From: a virus
Lineage: Duplodnaviria; Heunggongvirae; Uroviricota; Caudoviricetes
Strand: one strand, 5' to 3'
IMG/VR virus record: IMGVR_UViG_3300021400_000141
Span: 96,001 to 160,000 of that record
DNA: 64,000 bases
The notes under the pieces are model-generated. The model was not told where the DNA came from, did not search any database, and was given only the letters and a program-made list of their open reading frames with translations. Both the position numbers and the translations under genes were made by a program. How positions within the stretch are numbered: position 1 is the stretch's first letter; each line of letters begins with the position of its first letter. Of the stretch, positions 1 through 10,024 are shown piece after piece.

Positions 1-330
1 GCTTTTATCGTCGATGTAGTGGTCGGCACTGATTTTCCTGCCATAAAGGGTTCCTTCCTCGCCATCCTGCTCCCCGATGTTCTTGTTTACAGCGTCAAAG
101 TTCAGTCCGTACTTTTCGCAGAACTTGACCGCATCAATGAGGTACGGGCCGTCCTCATAGTGCTTTCCACCGTAGTTTTCACGGCAAGTCCAAAGGACTA
201 TCTGGTGGCCCATGCTCTGCAAATGGTTGAGGGCACGGATTAGAACCGTGTTTGGGGTGGCGTTGTTAACGTCTGGGAAGCTGTCTCCAAGGGCCAGCGT
301 TCCGTCAAAGTCTACTGCTATTATTGCCAT
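1..330 (-). CDS. HAD-superfamily hydrolase (BT0820-like), 3' end outside window
   Basis: Not in the ORF track. Manual translation MAIIAVDFDGTLA...IVLWTCRE...RKISADHYIDDK shows HAD motifs DxDGT, WT and YIDD. Confidence 0.85.
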   Translation of the reverse strand, partial: MAIIAVDFDGTLALGDSFPDVNNATPNTVLIRALNHLQSMGHQIVLWTCRENYGGKHYEDGPYLIDAVKFCEKYGLNFDAVNKNIGEQDGEEGTLYGRKISADHYIDDKS

Positions 331-336
331 AAGAAA

Positions 337-362
337 AACCTTCGGTTGAAGTACCGAAGGTT
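337..362 (-). terminator. Intrinsic terminator hairpin
   Basis: Perfect 10-bp stem AACCTTCGGT/ACCGAAGGTT followed by a T-rich tract on the minus strand, downstream of 388..663. Confidence 0.65.
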
Positions 363-391
363 AATATAGATAAATTTCGGTGAATCGTCAA
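363..391 (-). promoter_or_regulatory. sigma70-type (early) promoter
   Basis: TTGACG-N17-TATATT on the minus strand; same architecture at four other sites. Confidence 0.7.
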
Positions 392-663
392 GCGAGATTA
401 ATCCAGCCTGAACCAGCATCGAACGACACCATATCCTCTGGTTTGCTGCCTTCCTTCAATGCGTCAACAAGGACGCTGACGACACCCAACAGGGGTTGTT
501 CAGGTGGAGTGGCCTTGTGTTTTTCCACTCGCCATCCACCTTCGGTGAATGTCACAGCGGCGTCTGGGCCGTATATGTGCATACGTCCAGCAAGGTCGGT
601 AAACAGGTCGATTAGACGGTATTTTGCAGGTCCACCTGCGATAGCTCCCTTATCGGTATTCAT
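388..663 (-). CDS. Hypothetical protein
   Basis: ORF with GGAGG RBS before ATG at 663, co-oriented in an operon. Confidence 0.7.
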   Translation of the reverse strand: MNTDKGAIAGGPAKYRLIDLFTDLAGRMHIYGPDAAVTFTEGGWRVEKHKATPPEQPLLGVVSVLVDALKEGSKPEDMVSFDAGSGWINLA

Positions 664-685
664 AATTTCCTCCAACTGAATTCAG

Positions 686-955
686 TTAATCATCACACTT
701 AACAACTTTATATATGGCGTCGCCGTGGTTCAACAAATAATCCTTGCGGCCTGGATGATGAAATGCATCGTCGAACAGGTTATCCAACGCACATTCGATA
801 CTGACCTTGATTTTTTCATCCATCAAAGCAATATCGGCGTCCGTAGGCTCTTCATTTACCTGGTCTACCAGTTTATTAGAGTTATCTCTAATGTTGTGCA
901 GAAGTTCTGGCTGATAATCTATGCTGACAAGCAGTTTGATTTTTCTCTTTTCCAT
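686..955 (-). CDS. Hypothetical protein
   Basis: ORF in the minus-strand operon; start uncertain (955 ATG or 976 TTG). Confidence 0.7.
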   Translation of the reverse strand: MEKRKIKLLVSIDYQPELLHNIRDNSNKLVDQVNEEPTDADIALMDEKIKVSIECALDNLFDDAFHHPGRKDYLLNHGDAIYKVVKCDD

Positions 956-994
956 ATACGCTTCCGTTGTCTCCAATTACATCAAGTTTATCCA

Positions 995-1870
995 CTACGT
1001 GTGGCAATCACAACGCCATACATAGCAGTCGTCAGGGATGGATTTCCAGACTTCCATCCAAGTCTTGTTGAAATCCTTGTCTTCATCCCAGGTTACCGCC
1101 CACCATCCCATGTGGCCATGTTCAATCCATTGGCCGGACGGAATAACCAACGCCCAGAACGGTGCAGCTTCACGAAGGTTCCCATCAACGAACTCCTGTT
1201 CGGTCATAGCAGAAATATCGTCCACCTTGACACTCCATCTAAGATTGAACAGCTCGTCTGAGGAGATTGCCGCCTCCATGTCCTTGATGCTCTGCTGTCC
1301 ATTGTAGATTTCCCTTGCTTTCTTGATGTCCCCGTCAACGCTGTCTCGTGCCTGTTGCCAGCTGATAAAATCAGGCTTGAAGAACGGTTTCAGCCTTTTG
1401 TAGACACCAGTGAAGTAATTTTTCTTGCCATTCATGAAAGCGTCGAGGTCAATTTGAGATTTTTTAACAACCTTCACATCAGTGTCGCCAACATCCTCGG
1501 TAAGGAACGGGCAGTTTTTCCAAGAATACGGGGTATAGTAATCCCATTTATGATTAGGATTGGTAAACTGATAACTCTGTACGATATGTCCATCCTTTAC
1601 TACGGCATATGATTCGGTCGGCCTTACCTTTGGTTCCTCGGAATAGATATACTCGGGATGAAGACCGTACCAATCTGCCAAGAATTGTTCTGGAGAATCA
1701 TAGTCCGATAGGTTCTCGTTATATTCCTTGATTGACTCTTCCAACCTGTCAACATAGACACAGTAATCGGTACGCCCCGTGCATTCGTATTCGTGATACG
1801 GAAGCATCAGCCTATCGAGTTCTTCCTTTTGGTCGGTCTTTGTAATCACATAGGTGGTAAAGTGGCTCAT
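995..1870 (-). CDS. Conserved phage hypothetical protein
   Basis: 291 aa; motifs MSHFT.YV, NPNHKWDYY, G.WIEHG.MGWW and terminal DCH resemble a common phage family of unknown function. Confidence 0.8.
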   Translation of the reverse strand: MSHFTTYVITKTDQKEELDRLMLPYHEYECTGRTDYCVYVDRLEESIKEYNENLSDYDSPEQFLADWYGLHPEYIYSEEPKVRPTESYAVVKDGHIVQSYQFTNPNHKWDYYTPYSWKNCPFLTEDVGDTDVKVVKKSQIDLDAFMNGKKNYFTGVYKRLKPFFKPDFISWQQARDSVDGDIKKAREIYNGQQSIKDMEAAISSDELFNLRWSVKVDDISAMTEQEFVDGNLREAAPFWALVIPSGQWIEHGHMGWWAVTWDEDKDFNKTWMEVWKSIPDDCYVWRCDCHT

Positions 1871-1906
1871 ATTAGTCCTTTTGTTGAAGTGTTGGGTTTA
1901 ATTCCG

Positions 1907-2296
1907 TTATGCAATCATTTCAGGTATCTTCCATACCACGAGGAACGTGAAGATAATTTGGGACAGGTGCAGCAGCTGGTCCTCGACGAGGCCGATAGCC
2001 AGTCGGTTGCATTTCAGGTCATCCACGAAGAAGTGTACGGCACAGTTGAACAGGAACAATGCGACCACGATGGCAACTGGAGCATCCATGAAGAGCACGC
2101 ACGGGAGCATGACCATAATGGTCCAGCTGATTACGTGGGCGACAAGTGCTGGAATCCAGTCATACTTGTACTTTGGGTCTGGTGCGTTCTTTGCCCACCA
2201 GGACTTCTGTTTCAGGTTCGCAAGACACCCCTGGAGATGAAAATCGTCCAGTATATGAAGGAACAGCATCATGAGCAGAACGTAAATCGGATTCAT
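1907..2296 (-). CDS. DUF3307-like membrane protein
   Basis: HILDDFHLQ, HFFVDDLK and DQLLH motifs with hydrophobic helices. Confidence 0.75.
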   Translation of the reverse strand: MNPIYVLLMMLFLHILDDFHLQGCLANLKQKSWWAKNAPDPKYKYDWIPALVAHVISWTIMVMLPCVLFMDAPVAIVVALFLFNCAVHFFVDDLKCNRLAIGLVEDQLLHLSQIIFTFLVVWKIPEMIA

Positions 2297-2916
2297 TTTG
2301 ACCCCATATTCATCATCGTCATTGCGTACATGTCTTGCTTTGTAGGTTTGTACGGGTCAAGTACAGACATAGTACCAATCGTCCGTTCGAGATAACTTTT
2401 CTTTACAAAGGTGCAATACAGCGTGTCGTAGTCATCGTTTGAATCTGGCCCGAGGACAGGACATGCAAACCTGACATCATGCACATCGGTCCCGACCTGC
2501 ATCCATTCCGTCGTCCAGCACTCGGCAGGGAACTTTACCGTCCCTTCAACCTTAGCACATACGATGGTAAGGTACAGCTTGTCAGCATAAGGCATCGCCG
2601 CACGGTACGCAGAGGCGCCACCGATTACGAAAAGCTCGGTTTCGCCAGCATTTTCTGCAATCCTGATTGCTTCCTCGATGGATGCAACCGTGGTGCAACC
2701 TTCCGCCTTGAAATCAGGGTCACGTGTAAGTATGATGTTCGTGCGGTTCGGCAACGGCCTGCCGATATCCTCGTAGTTCACCCTGCCCATAACGACATGG
2801 TGACCAGAGGTAATATGTTTAAACCTAATCAAATCAGATTTGATGTGCCACGGGAGATGGCCTTCCTTCCCTATTATCATGTCGGGAGTCATTGCGACAA
2901 TCATTGAAACAATCAT
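2293..2916 (-). CDS. folA: Dihydrofolate reductase
   Basis: [37 protein letters not shown] and FVIGGA motifs; start overlaps the thyA stop. Confidence 0.95.
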   Translation of the reverse strand: MIVSMIVAMTPDMIIGKEGHLPWHIKSDLIRFKHITSGHHVVMGRVNYEDIGRPLPNRTNIILTRDPDFKAEGCTTVASIEEAIRIAENAGETELFVIGGASAYRAAMPYADKLYLTIVCAKVEGTVKFPAECWTTEWMQVGTDVHDVRFACPVLGPDSNDDYDTLYCTFVKKSYLERTIGTMSVLDPYKPTKQDMYAMTMMNMGSK

Positions 2917-3725
2917 ACTGCTATCGGTGCCTTGATTGACGGATACGGGTCATAATTTTCAAGTTCGAAGTCTTCGTAGCGGAAGCCGAAGATATCATTG
3001 ACATCTGGGTTAATCTTCATCGTCGGCAACGCTCTCGGGGTTCTGGAAAGCTGTTCCTTCACCTGCTCGAAATGGTTGTGGTAGATGTGGGTGTCACCCA
3101 AGGTATGAACGAATTCGGAAGCCTCGTAGCCGCAGACCTGTGCCAGCATCATCGTCAACAGGGCGTAGGAAGCGATGTTGAACGGGACACCAAGGAACGT
3201 ATCAGCGCTTCTCTGGTAGAGTTGGCAACTGAGTTTCCGCTTACCAGAGTCGCCGATACCGCCTACATAAAACTGGAAAAGACAGTGGCAAGGAGGCAGG
3301 GCCATCTTGTCAACTTCGGCAACGTTCCACGCACAAACTACGTGACGGCGTGAATCGGGGTTGTTCTTGAGGCTATCGACAAGGTTCTTAATCTGGTCGA
3401 TGTGGCCACCATCTGGGGTGGGCCATGAACGCCACTGGTGTCCATAAACGGGCCCCAAATCCCCGTTTTCGTCAGCCCATTCGTCCCAGATGGTAACCTT
3501 GTTGTCTCGGAGGTACTTGATATTCGTGTCTCCCTTCAGGAACCACAGAAGTTCATGGATGATTGAACGGAGATGAAGCTTCTTGGTTGTCAAGCAGGGG
3601 AACCCCTTGGTGAGGTCATAACGGCACTGGCGTCCGAATACGGAGCGTGTTCCTGTGCCAGTTCTGTCGGAACGGTCAACGCCGTTCTCCATAATGTCTT
3701 TGAGTAAATATAAATATTGCTGCAT
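2913..3725 (-). CDS. thyA: Thymidylate synthase
   Basis: DRTGTGT, MALPPCH and YQRSAD.FLGVPFN motifs; start set at MQQYL (3725). Confidence 0.97.
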   Translation of the reverse strand: MQQYLYLLKDIMENGVDRSDRTGTGTRSVFGRQCRYDLTKGFPCLTTKKLHLRSIIHELLWFLKGDTNIKYLRDNKVTIWDEWADENGDLGPVYGHQWRSWPTPDGGHIDQIKNLVDSLKNNPDSRRHVVCAWNVAEVDKMALPPCHCLFQFYVGGIGDSGKRKLSCQLYQRSADTFLGVPFNIASYALLTMMLAQVCGYEASEFVHTLGDTHIYHNHFEQVKEQLSRTPRALPTMKINPDVNDIFGFRYEDFELENYDPYPSIKAPIAV

Positions 3726-3731
3726 GCCACC

Positions 3732-3760
3732 AATATAAGTAATTCGAACCCGTTTGGCAA
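3732..3760 (-). promoter_or_regulatory. sigma70-type promoter of thyA-folA operon
   Basis: TTGCCA-N17-TATATT, only 6 nt before the thyA ATG. Confidence 0.7.
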
Positions 3761-3772
3761 GAGTTGCGACCC

Positions 3773-3785
3773 AAAAATGTATTTT
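3773..3785 (+). promoter_or_regulatory. AAAAATGTATTTT motif (putative second promoter class)
   Basis: 23 nt upstream of 3809; recurs at 14907, 35097 and 47139 upstream of starts. Confidence 0.55.
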
Positions 3786-3808
3786 AATTGCGATAAAAGG
3801 AGCAAAAA

Positions 3809-5296
3809 ATGCCAAAAGCGATAGCAGTCCTTACAGTAACTGAAACTGATTTGAGCACATGTCGAAAGACAATCAACTCGATATTGAACAAGAACCCAGA
3901 AATTGACGTACTATTGTGCATACAGACCGAAACGGAAGGGTTTACCCCTCCTGAGATGGACAGGGTTGAAACCCATGTCATGAAGCCGACGCACGACCCG
4001 TTGAAACCTATTTCAATTGCAATGAAGAGGTACGACACGCTGCCAATCATTTCTGTCCAGCCGAACATCAACTATGATTCAAATTGCCTTGAAGAACTGT
4101 ACAGGATGCACGAACAGTTCCCAAACAGCATCTGCACGGCAGCGTTCAACATCATCAAGGTGTCACGAAAGGATGACAAGGTTGTCGCAACGCTTTCCAG
4201 CCTTGCCGAAAGAAGGAAGGACACCAACTTGGCTAACAAGTATTACGAACTCGTATGCGCACAGGAGACAATCTATCCAGCAGCAAACTCTGGTTCAGGA
4301 TTTACGTTCATGTACGACTGCGAACTCCGTGATGACCCTCTCGAACTTCGTGAGTTCCATCTTGATGAAAACAACGCCCACATCTTCATGTCGATTCTCT
4401 GTCAGGACAATGGGATTGCAATCAGGCATCTTTCGCCAGCGTTGGAACTTCCTGCTCCCCCGTACATCGAACAGCTCACGAAGGATGTGGAGGATTTCTA
4501 CGACAATCTTATCCCGCCAGTTTCTCACGCATTGCCGTTAAAGGAAGACCGCGTTACTGACGACGAAATGGAGATAGCCGTGGTGACTTCCACCAAGAAC
4601 CGTGTCTTGACAATGCAGGAGAAGGAGATTTCCCGAAAGTTCTTCTTCGTTGACGAGGAACACGACAAGCCGAACATCGACAAGTTCAATCCTTGGTTCT
4701 GCGAACTTACCGCACTATACTACATGCACAAGCACAGCAAGGCAAAGTATATCGGCCTGGAACACTACCGTCGATGCTTCGTAATGCAGGAAAACGGAAG
4801 TTACGACCCGAATGCGTACAACATTCTCAACAGGTACGATGCAAGGGACATCCTTGACGAATACGACGCAATCGTCGCATTCCACCAGCACACCCCAGGA
4901 AGGACTGCTTACAGCTACCTTGAAATTTCCAAACAGGCGAATATGTTCAACGACTGGCTGGACGTAGTTGAAACGGGAACACCAGGGTTCAAACAGTTCT
5001 GTCTCGACAGGTTGCAACACGAGGCACTCATCTGCTGCAACATGTTCATCGCTAAAAAGGAGTTAATAGACAAGTATTGCGAATGGCTGTTTGCAAACAC
5101 GAGGGCATACATGCGCAAGTACCCGCTGTCAGACAGAGTGCTTCGCCATATCGGATACTTCGGGGAATTTACCTTCGGTTCATGGCTCCTGTTTAACAAG
5201 TACAGATTGAAACTTCAACCGCATATCCGTTTCAACAGGGAGTTGACCGAGATTGACGAGGCTGAAAGAACGACAATCTGCTCGGAGGAACTCTAA
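3809..5296 (+). CDS. Glycosyltransferase-like protein with C-terminal DUF4422 (GT111-like) domain
   Basis: [42 protein letters not shown] and R.IGYFGE are DUF4422 motifs; the N-terminal half resembles a degenerate GT-A domain. Confidence 0.8.
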   Translation: MPKAIAVLTVTETDLSTCRKTINSILNKNPEIDVLLCIQTETEGFTPPEMDRVETHVMKPTHDPLKPISIAMKRYDTLPIISVQPNINYDSNCLEELYRMHEQFPNSICTAAFNIIKVSRKDDKVVATLSSLAERRKDTNLANKYYELVCAQETIYPAANSGSGFTFMYDCELRDDPLELREFHLDENNAHIFMSILCQDNGIAIRHLSPALELPAPPYIEQLTKDVEDFYDNLIPPVSHALPLKEDRVTDDEMEIAVVTSTKNRVLTMQEKEISRKFFFVDEEHDKPNIDKFNPWFCELTALYYMHKHSKAKYIGLEHYRRCFVMQENGSYDPNAYNILNRYDARDILDEYDAIVAFHQHTPGRTAYSYLEISKQANMFNDWLDVVETGTPGFKQFCLDRLQHEALICCNMFIAKKELIDKYCEWLFANTRAYMRKYPLSDRVLRHIGYFGEFTFGSWLLFNKYRLKLQPHIRFNRELTEIDEAERTTICSEEL

Positions 5297-5976
5297 TGCT
5301 TATACTTATTTGTGGAACTGACATCAAAGCAGTTCAAATCAATGTTGGCCGTCCTCGTGCATTCTATGATTTGAAGAACTGTTATCTTGACCATCGTTAC
5401 TTCTGTGAGTTGGGCGGATTGTACAAGTTATGGAAACAGGTTAATACCGACATCGTAGGACTGGAGCATTACCGTCGTTTCTTCACCGATAACGACGCAG
5501 TACCTGGAACAATCCTAACCGAAGACAAAATCAAAAACATTCTGTCATCTCACGACATAATCATGTCGCTTAACCACCTGTCATCCCCAAACGTTCTTAC
5601 TTGGATGGCACAGGAGAAGCACAACCCGACAGCGAGTACGAACACCATCGTAAAGGAAATGCTATTCAAGTGGCTAATGTACTTGAGAGACTACTATTCA
5701 ACTGAATTTGTAGACTATACGATGAACCGCATGTTGACAGAGCGTAGCTACTACGGATGCAACATGTTCATTGGCAACAAGAGGGTTGTAGACGATTACG
5801 CCCGTTTCCTTTTCCCGACGCTGGAACGGTTCACAATTGATGTGATGCGACGTAAGAGAGAACCACGTCTTTACGGTTATCTTTCTGAATACATTATGGG
5901 TTATTGGATGGGATGGCGAGGATACGATATCTATTCGTGTTCGAAAGTCACATATCCTCCTCCAACACCGCTTTAG
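5296..5976 (+). CDS. DUF4422 (GT111-like) protein
   Basis: YFCELGGLYKLWK, VGLEHYRRFF, CNMFIG and RLYGYLSE motifs. Confidence 0.8.
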   Translation: MLILICGTDIKAVQINVGRPRAFYDLKNCYLDHRYFCELGGLYKLWKQVNTDIVGLEHYRRFFTDNDAVPGTILTEDKIKNILSSHDIIMSLNHLSSPNVLTWMAQEKHNPTASTNTIVKEMLFKWLMYLRDYYSTEFVDYTMNRMLTERSYYGCNMFIGNKRVVDDYARFLFPTLERFTIDVMRRKREPRLYGYLSEYIMGYWMGWRGYDIYSCSKVTYPPPTPL

Positions 5977-6836
5977 TTTTTGATGAACTTCACCACTTCG
6001 TCACCGATGAGGTTGAACTCGTCGTCCCAGATACCGATGACCTCGTCTTTAATCGACAGGTCATCCATTTTGTATTTCTTCTTGACCTTCGGTGAAACCT
6101 CGTAGACATTTTCCTTACCGAGATTTGCCTGTGCTTCGAACAGGTCGCTCTTGCCAGCACGTGCAACCCAGTTGTCAAGGATGTACTCGCCCCATTGGAG
6201 CAAGTTCCTGTTTCCCTTGGTGTCATCGTTCGGTGTGTCCATTCCAGTGTTGAAGGAAAGTATCTTCACGTCCTTCCACTTCGGGCAATCACGTTTGAGA
6301 CCAGATTCGAGAACCATGATTGGCGAGTTAGACCACATGCCACCGTCGCAATAGTAGTTTCCGTCCTTGGAGAGAACATCGAAATAGGTGGGAGCGGCAG
6401 TCGAAGACAGTACGGCAAACCACTTGTCCTGGTCGTCCTTCCTGTCCCATACCTTTTCCACGGATTCACCGTTCATGAAGGTTGTCGTGATGTAGGTGGG
6501 TTTAGTCCAGTCCTTGCACTTACCTTTCAACTTCTCTTTCAGGAGCTTCTTCAAGTTGCTATTGTCGTAGGTCGGGCAGCTCGGTTGAAGCCTCTTGTAC
6601 CAAGGGTACTTTGTGAAAATCTTTGAAAGGTTCTTATCGTACAGGTCGAACAAGTCGTACGCCTTGATGCCCTCAGAGAGGCAGGCGGCGATGATAGCAC
6701 CCGTTGACGTACCCGCATAGGCAACTGCAAGTTTGGGCAGTGGTTTTCCGAGCTCTTCCTCAAGCCTACGCATGAAATGCAGGGGACCGATACCTAGTGC
6801 GCCTCCCCCGTTGACGCTAATAGCGAATTTAGACAT
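5973..6836 (-). CDS. Patatin-like phospholipase
   Basis: GGGALG, GTSTG (catalytic Ser), AAPTYF and DGG motifs; true start MSKFAIS at 6836. Confidence 0.92.
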   Translation of the reverse strand: MSKFAISVNGGGALGIGPLHFMRRLEEELGKPLPKLAVAYAGTSTGAIIAACLSEGIKAYDLFDLYDKNLSKIFTKYPWYKRLQPSCPTYDNSNLKKLLKEKLKGKCKDWTKPTYITTTFMNGESVEKVWDRKDDQDKWFAVLSSTAAPTYFDVLSKDGNYYCDGGMWSNSPIMVLESGLKRDCPKWKDVKILSFNTGMDTPNDDTKGNRNLLQWGEYILDNWVARAGKSDLFEAQANLGKENVYEVSPKVKKKYKMDDLSIKDEVIGIWDDEFNLIGDEVVKFIKN

Positions 6837-6858
6837 ATTTTCTCCTCGTTTTACCAAT

Positions 6859-6886
6859 AGTTTATGCCTACACACGCCTATAAACT
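6859..6886. promoter_or_regulatory. Back-to-back late promoter boxes
   Basis: ATAAACT on the minus strand (6859-6865) and TATAAACT on the plus strand (6879-6886), 22-25 nt from divergent starts. Confidence 0.65.
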
Positions 6887-6911
6887 TTAATAGAACGCAA
6901 TGGGGTAAAGT

Positions 6912-7736
6912 ATGAAGAATGAAAGGGTGATGTTTACGCCGACCATCGACTGGATGGGGAAGGCATATGACAAGTTTAACGCCATGTTCTTTAAGGGGAA
7001 GCTGCCCGACGACATTGAGTTCGGTTTTGTAAACGCCAAGACGTTCGGTGGAGACGCAAGGTACTGGAAGAACAAACGCCGCACCAGGGAATGCACGATG
7101 AAGAACCATGATTGGTACGTCGGTACGTTCAGGATAAGAATGTCCACCTTCTACAACAACATTACGAAACACGAGGCCGAACTGATACTCCTTCACGAGA
7201 TGATTCACATCTACCAGTTCTCGCAGGTGAAGTTCAGTGAGTGGAACGGAAGCGGAATACGTGGTTGCCACGGATACACTTTCACCGAATGGATTGACCG
7301 AATTAAGAAAATGAGCAATGGAAAGTACGTAGTCAACATCTATTGCAACGAGGGTGGATTCCCTACACACAAGTTTACCGATGAGGACTACATCAAGGCT
7401 CTTAAATACCACAGGGGAGAATTCGCACTGGTCATCATGCCGAAAGAACCAGACCCGACCGACAAGTACCTTGTTTGGTACAAGATATTCAAGAACAAGG
7501 ATTTGTGTGGAAAATCCATCCTTCGTGTGATGAAGAACTACGAAAACTCAAAGGTTTTATCTATATTTAAGCCAGGTCCAAACATCAAGGAGTACACCAC
7601 ATCGTTCTGGGAAGACCCGAGACACTCTGGTGTGGACTCTGGAGAATGGCAGGTAGGCGATTACAGCAAGCTGCTCAAGATGAGCAACAAGGGGGTTATA
7701 ACCATGAAAGGTTTCCCAAAGGAGAATAAAAAATGA
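6912..7736 (+). CDS. SprT-like zinc metalloprotease
   Basis: YDKFN.MFF.GKLP, LLHEMIH and downstream HG..F motifs. Confidence 0.85.
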   Translation: MKNERVMFTPTIDWMGKAYDKFNAMFFKGKLPDDIEFGFVNAKTFGGDARYWKNKRRTRECTMKNHDWYVGTFRIRMSTFYNNITKHEAELILLHEMIHIYQFSQVKFSEWNGSGIRGCHGYTFTEWIDRIKKMSNGKYVVNIYCNEGGFPTHKFTDEDYIKALKYHRGEFALVIMPKEPDPTDKYLVWYKIFKNKDLCGKSILRVMKNYENSKVLSIFKPGPNIKEYTTSFWEDPRHSGVDSGEWQVGDYSKLLKMSNKGVITMKGFPKENKK

Positions 7737-7999
7737 AACGCAATTTTTTGGAAGCAGTTCAGAACTCTCCAGAACTAGACGACCTAGACAAAGAGGCAAT
7801 AAGCGACCTGTACAACACTGTCTTCGGTGACAATACCCCAGATGCCAAACTTGTTGACACCGCTACGGAAGAACCACCCACTCTTGCCGAGTTCGAAAAC
7901 CTAGGTGAACACCAAGGCGACGACATCAGTGTAACAGAACAGGGTCTGAAATTAACCCAGACCCTTCCTGATGGAACAGATGTAACTACAATTAAGTGA
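7733..7999 (+). CDS. Small acidic protein with shared N-terminal motif
   Basis: 88 aa, overlaps the upstream stop; N-terminus FLEAV...LDDLDKEAISDLYNTVF. Confidence 0.75.
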   Translation: MKRNFLEAVQNSPELDDLDKEAISDLYNTVFGDNTPDAKLVDTATEEPPTLAEFENLGEHQGDDISVTEQGLKLTQTLPDGTDVTTIK

Positions 8000-8000
8000 C

Positions 8001-8921
8001 CTATCTAGCCAATGTGATTCTTTCTACATTTCCCTTGTCACGGATGAACGGGTCCTTTCCGACCTCATCGTGAATCATGGCACGAGCTTCTTCTGGAAGT
8101 TCCTCTTCTTCTCCGTCATCTGCTGGAGCCTCATCGACAACGCCGACTGCGGCACCAGTTTGTGGATAGAATTCTTCCTCGCCAGGTTCAGGCGTAATCG
8201 GAATATCTTCATCGCCGTCACCAGGTTCACTCTCTCCATAGCACATCTCGTATTCCGAAATAGAGTCAAGGATTTCCTCGTCGGTCGGAGGAACATCCTT
8301 CAACTCTTCCTTAACATTGTCTGGGAATTTTTCCTCTTCTCCAGGAAGAGCTTGCTGCATTATGGATGCCCACTCGGCAATAAGAGGTGCTAGTTCAGGG
8401 ATTGCGTCACATTCGTTGCAGGTTCCCTTTCCGCTTGCGAGGTCGCTCAGGTAGTCGATTGGCGTGCGTCCAGTGATATCGGGGATGTCCCATACGCTGG
8501 CCTGACACATCTCGTCGTCCTCGCTCGTCTTGTACTCGAACACAAGCGGGTTTTCAAGCAACTTCTTCAAAAAGTCGAAATTTATTTGCTCGGTAGTCTT
8601 TCCAATAGCGTACTCGACCATGTTCATAAGAACGGTATCGCCGACAGAGTTCTTCGCACCGAGGTAAATCGGATTGATGTTGAGCAAGTCCTCAACCCCG
8701 TTGTCAGCCCATTCGTGGAGCTGCGTCGTCCAACGTCCGTCTGGAAGAACCTTCTTCATCATGAACTGTGCTGGGTTCTGGTAGAGGGCAAGGAGGTTCT
8801 CCCGTGAAATCGAAGGAACGTCACGGTTGAACGCACGCTGAATACCCTCGATTAGTACCAACTTGTCGGGATATACGTCTTTGAGCTTGTTCAGCTCATA
8901 GTTAAATCCTCTCTTATCCAT
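8001..8921 (-). CDS. Acidic hypothetical protein with possible ankyrin-like repeats
   Basis: AKNSVGDTVLMNMV and DIPDITGRTPIDYL resemble ankyrin turns; acidic C-terminus. Confidence 0.6.
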   Translation of the reverse strand: MDKRGFNYELNKLKDVYPDKLVLIEGIQRAFNRDVPSISRENLLALYQNPAQFMMKKVLPDGRWTTQLHEWADNGVEDLLNINPIYLGAKNSVGDTVLMNMVEYAIGKTTEQINFDFLKKLLENPLVFEYKTSEDDEMCQASVWDIPDITGRTPIDYLSDLASGKGTCNECDAIPELAPLIAEWASIMQQALPGEEEKFPDNVKEELKDVPPTDEEILDSISEYEMCYGESEPGDGDEDIPITPEPGEEEFYPQTGAAVGVVDEAPADDGEEEELPEEARAMIHDEVGKDPFIRDKGNVERITLAR

Positions 8922-8932
8922 CTTAGAGCCCC

Positions 8933-9259
8933 TTACTTGCTGAAAAACATATTCGCAGCATCCATGTATTCGGGAACGGTAAGGCCATTCTTGTCGGCTT
9001 CCGCCTGGATATCAGTGTTCTCCTCGCCAACTGCTTCGGTAAGACCATTGTCGCACTCGCAGATACCGTCCTTGCATTCGCAGTTTCCACCTTCGCAGTT
9101 TCCACCTTCGCAGCCATCGTCGTCTTCAACATCAACTTCGGCGTCCATCTGGGACTCGAAATAGAGCTTGTGCAGCTTGTTGATAGCCTCGAACTGTGCC
9201 TGGGAAGGGCAAATCGTGTGCAGGTAGCTCTCGAACAAATCATTAGCTTTCATCTTCAT
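8933..9259 (-). CDS. Small acidic Cys-rich protein with shared N-terminal motif
   Basis: LFESYL...FEAINKLHKLYFES then GCEGGNCEGGNCECKDGICEC; late box upstream. Confidence 0.75.
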   Translation of the reverse strand: MKMKANDLFESYLHTICPSQAQFEAINKLHKLYFESQMDAEVDVEDDDGCEGGNCEGGNCECKDGICECDNGLTEAVGEENTDIQAEADKNGLTVPEYMDAANMFFSK

Positions 9260-9289
9260 GTTGTTATCCTATGGATTCCAATTAAATAT

Positions 9290-9297
9290 AGTTTATA
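9290..9297 (-). promoter_or_regulatory. Late promoter box TATAAACT
   Basis: Exact motif about 30 nt upstream of 9259. Confidence 0.65.
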
Positions 9298-9323
9298 CAT
9301 CAGAAGGACATCATGGAACAGAA

Positions 9324-10004
9324 ATGCTAAAAATAATGGGAATAGACCAGTCGATAAATTCAAGCGGCAAGGTGATAATGACCCTCGACGAGGAAAAGAA
9401 CCTTGACATCGTGGATGTTAAATTCTATGGCTACCACCAGACCAAGAAACGCTGTTTAGAAACCGACAATATACATATCAGGCACCTGCCGAAGGACTGG
9501 ACAAAGATTGGCCTTATCCACCGAATCTCGTGGATTACTAGCTACCTCATGGAGGACACCGAAGGAGTCAAGTACATGTCGATGGAAGACTTAGCCTACG
9601 GTAAGTTGAAGCAGAAGAAAGTCGATACAAACTCGATTCTCCAGCTTGCTCAGGTGGCAGGCTCGCTCAAAGTGGCCGCATTCGACCGTGGCATGGGTGT
9701 AATCGCCTACAACATCGACCAGAACAAGAATTTTGCCACAGGAGACGGAAAGGCTGGCAAACCTGCCATGTGTCAGGCTTGGGAGGAAATGTTCCCGCAA
9801 TGGTTCCCAGAAGAGTTCAAGGGCAACTACCAATCGCCAGTGAACGATATTGCCGATGCATTCTGGCTTTGCGAAGTCCTCAGGTGCCACATCATGTACG
9901 ACCGTGGGTACGAACTGGACGCTACAACCAAGGGCCTCCTCGAATTTTCCACCAGCAACAAGTATGGAAGCCTTGTGGAAACCCGTATGGAAATCAAGGG
10001 ATAA
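9324..10004 (+). CDS. RuvC-like Holliday junction resolvase
   Basis: IMGIDQSINSSG, MEDLAYG, ATGDGKAGK and DIADAFWL carry the RuvC acidic residues. Confidence 0.8.
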   Translation: MLKIMGIDQSINSSGKVIMTLDEEKNLDIVDVKFYGYHQTKKRCLETDNIHIRHLPKDWTKIGLIHRISWITSYLMEDTEGVKYMSMEDLAYGKLKQKKVDTNSILQLAQVAGSLKVAAFDRGMGVIAYNIDQNKNFATGDGKAGKPAMCQAWEEMFPQWFPEEFKGNYQSPVNDIADAFWLCEVLRCHIMYDRGYELDATTKGLLEFSTSNKYGSLVETRMEIKG

Positions 10005-10024
10005 AGTTACAAAACAATATACAA

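Noticed and set aside
5973-6836. CBASS operon
   Set aside because: Patatin is present but no CD-NTase or cap accessory genes are adjacent.
6837-7412. N-terminal extension of the 479-aa patatin ORF
   Set aside because: It overlaps the SprT gene antisense; patatin motifs, RBS and late box place the start at 6836.
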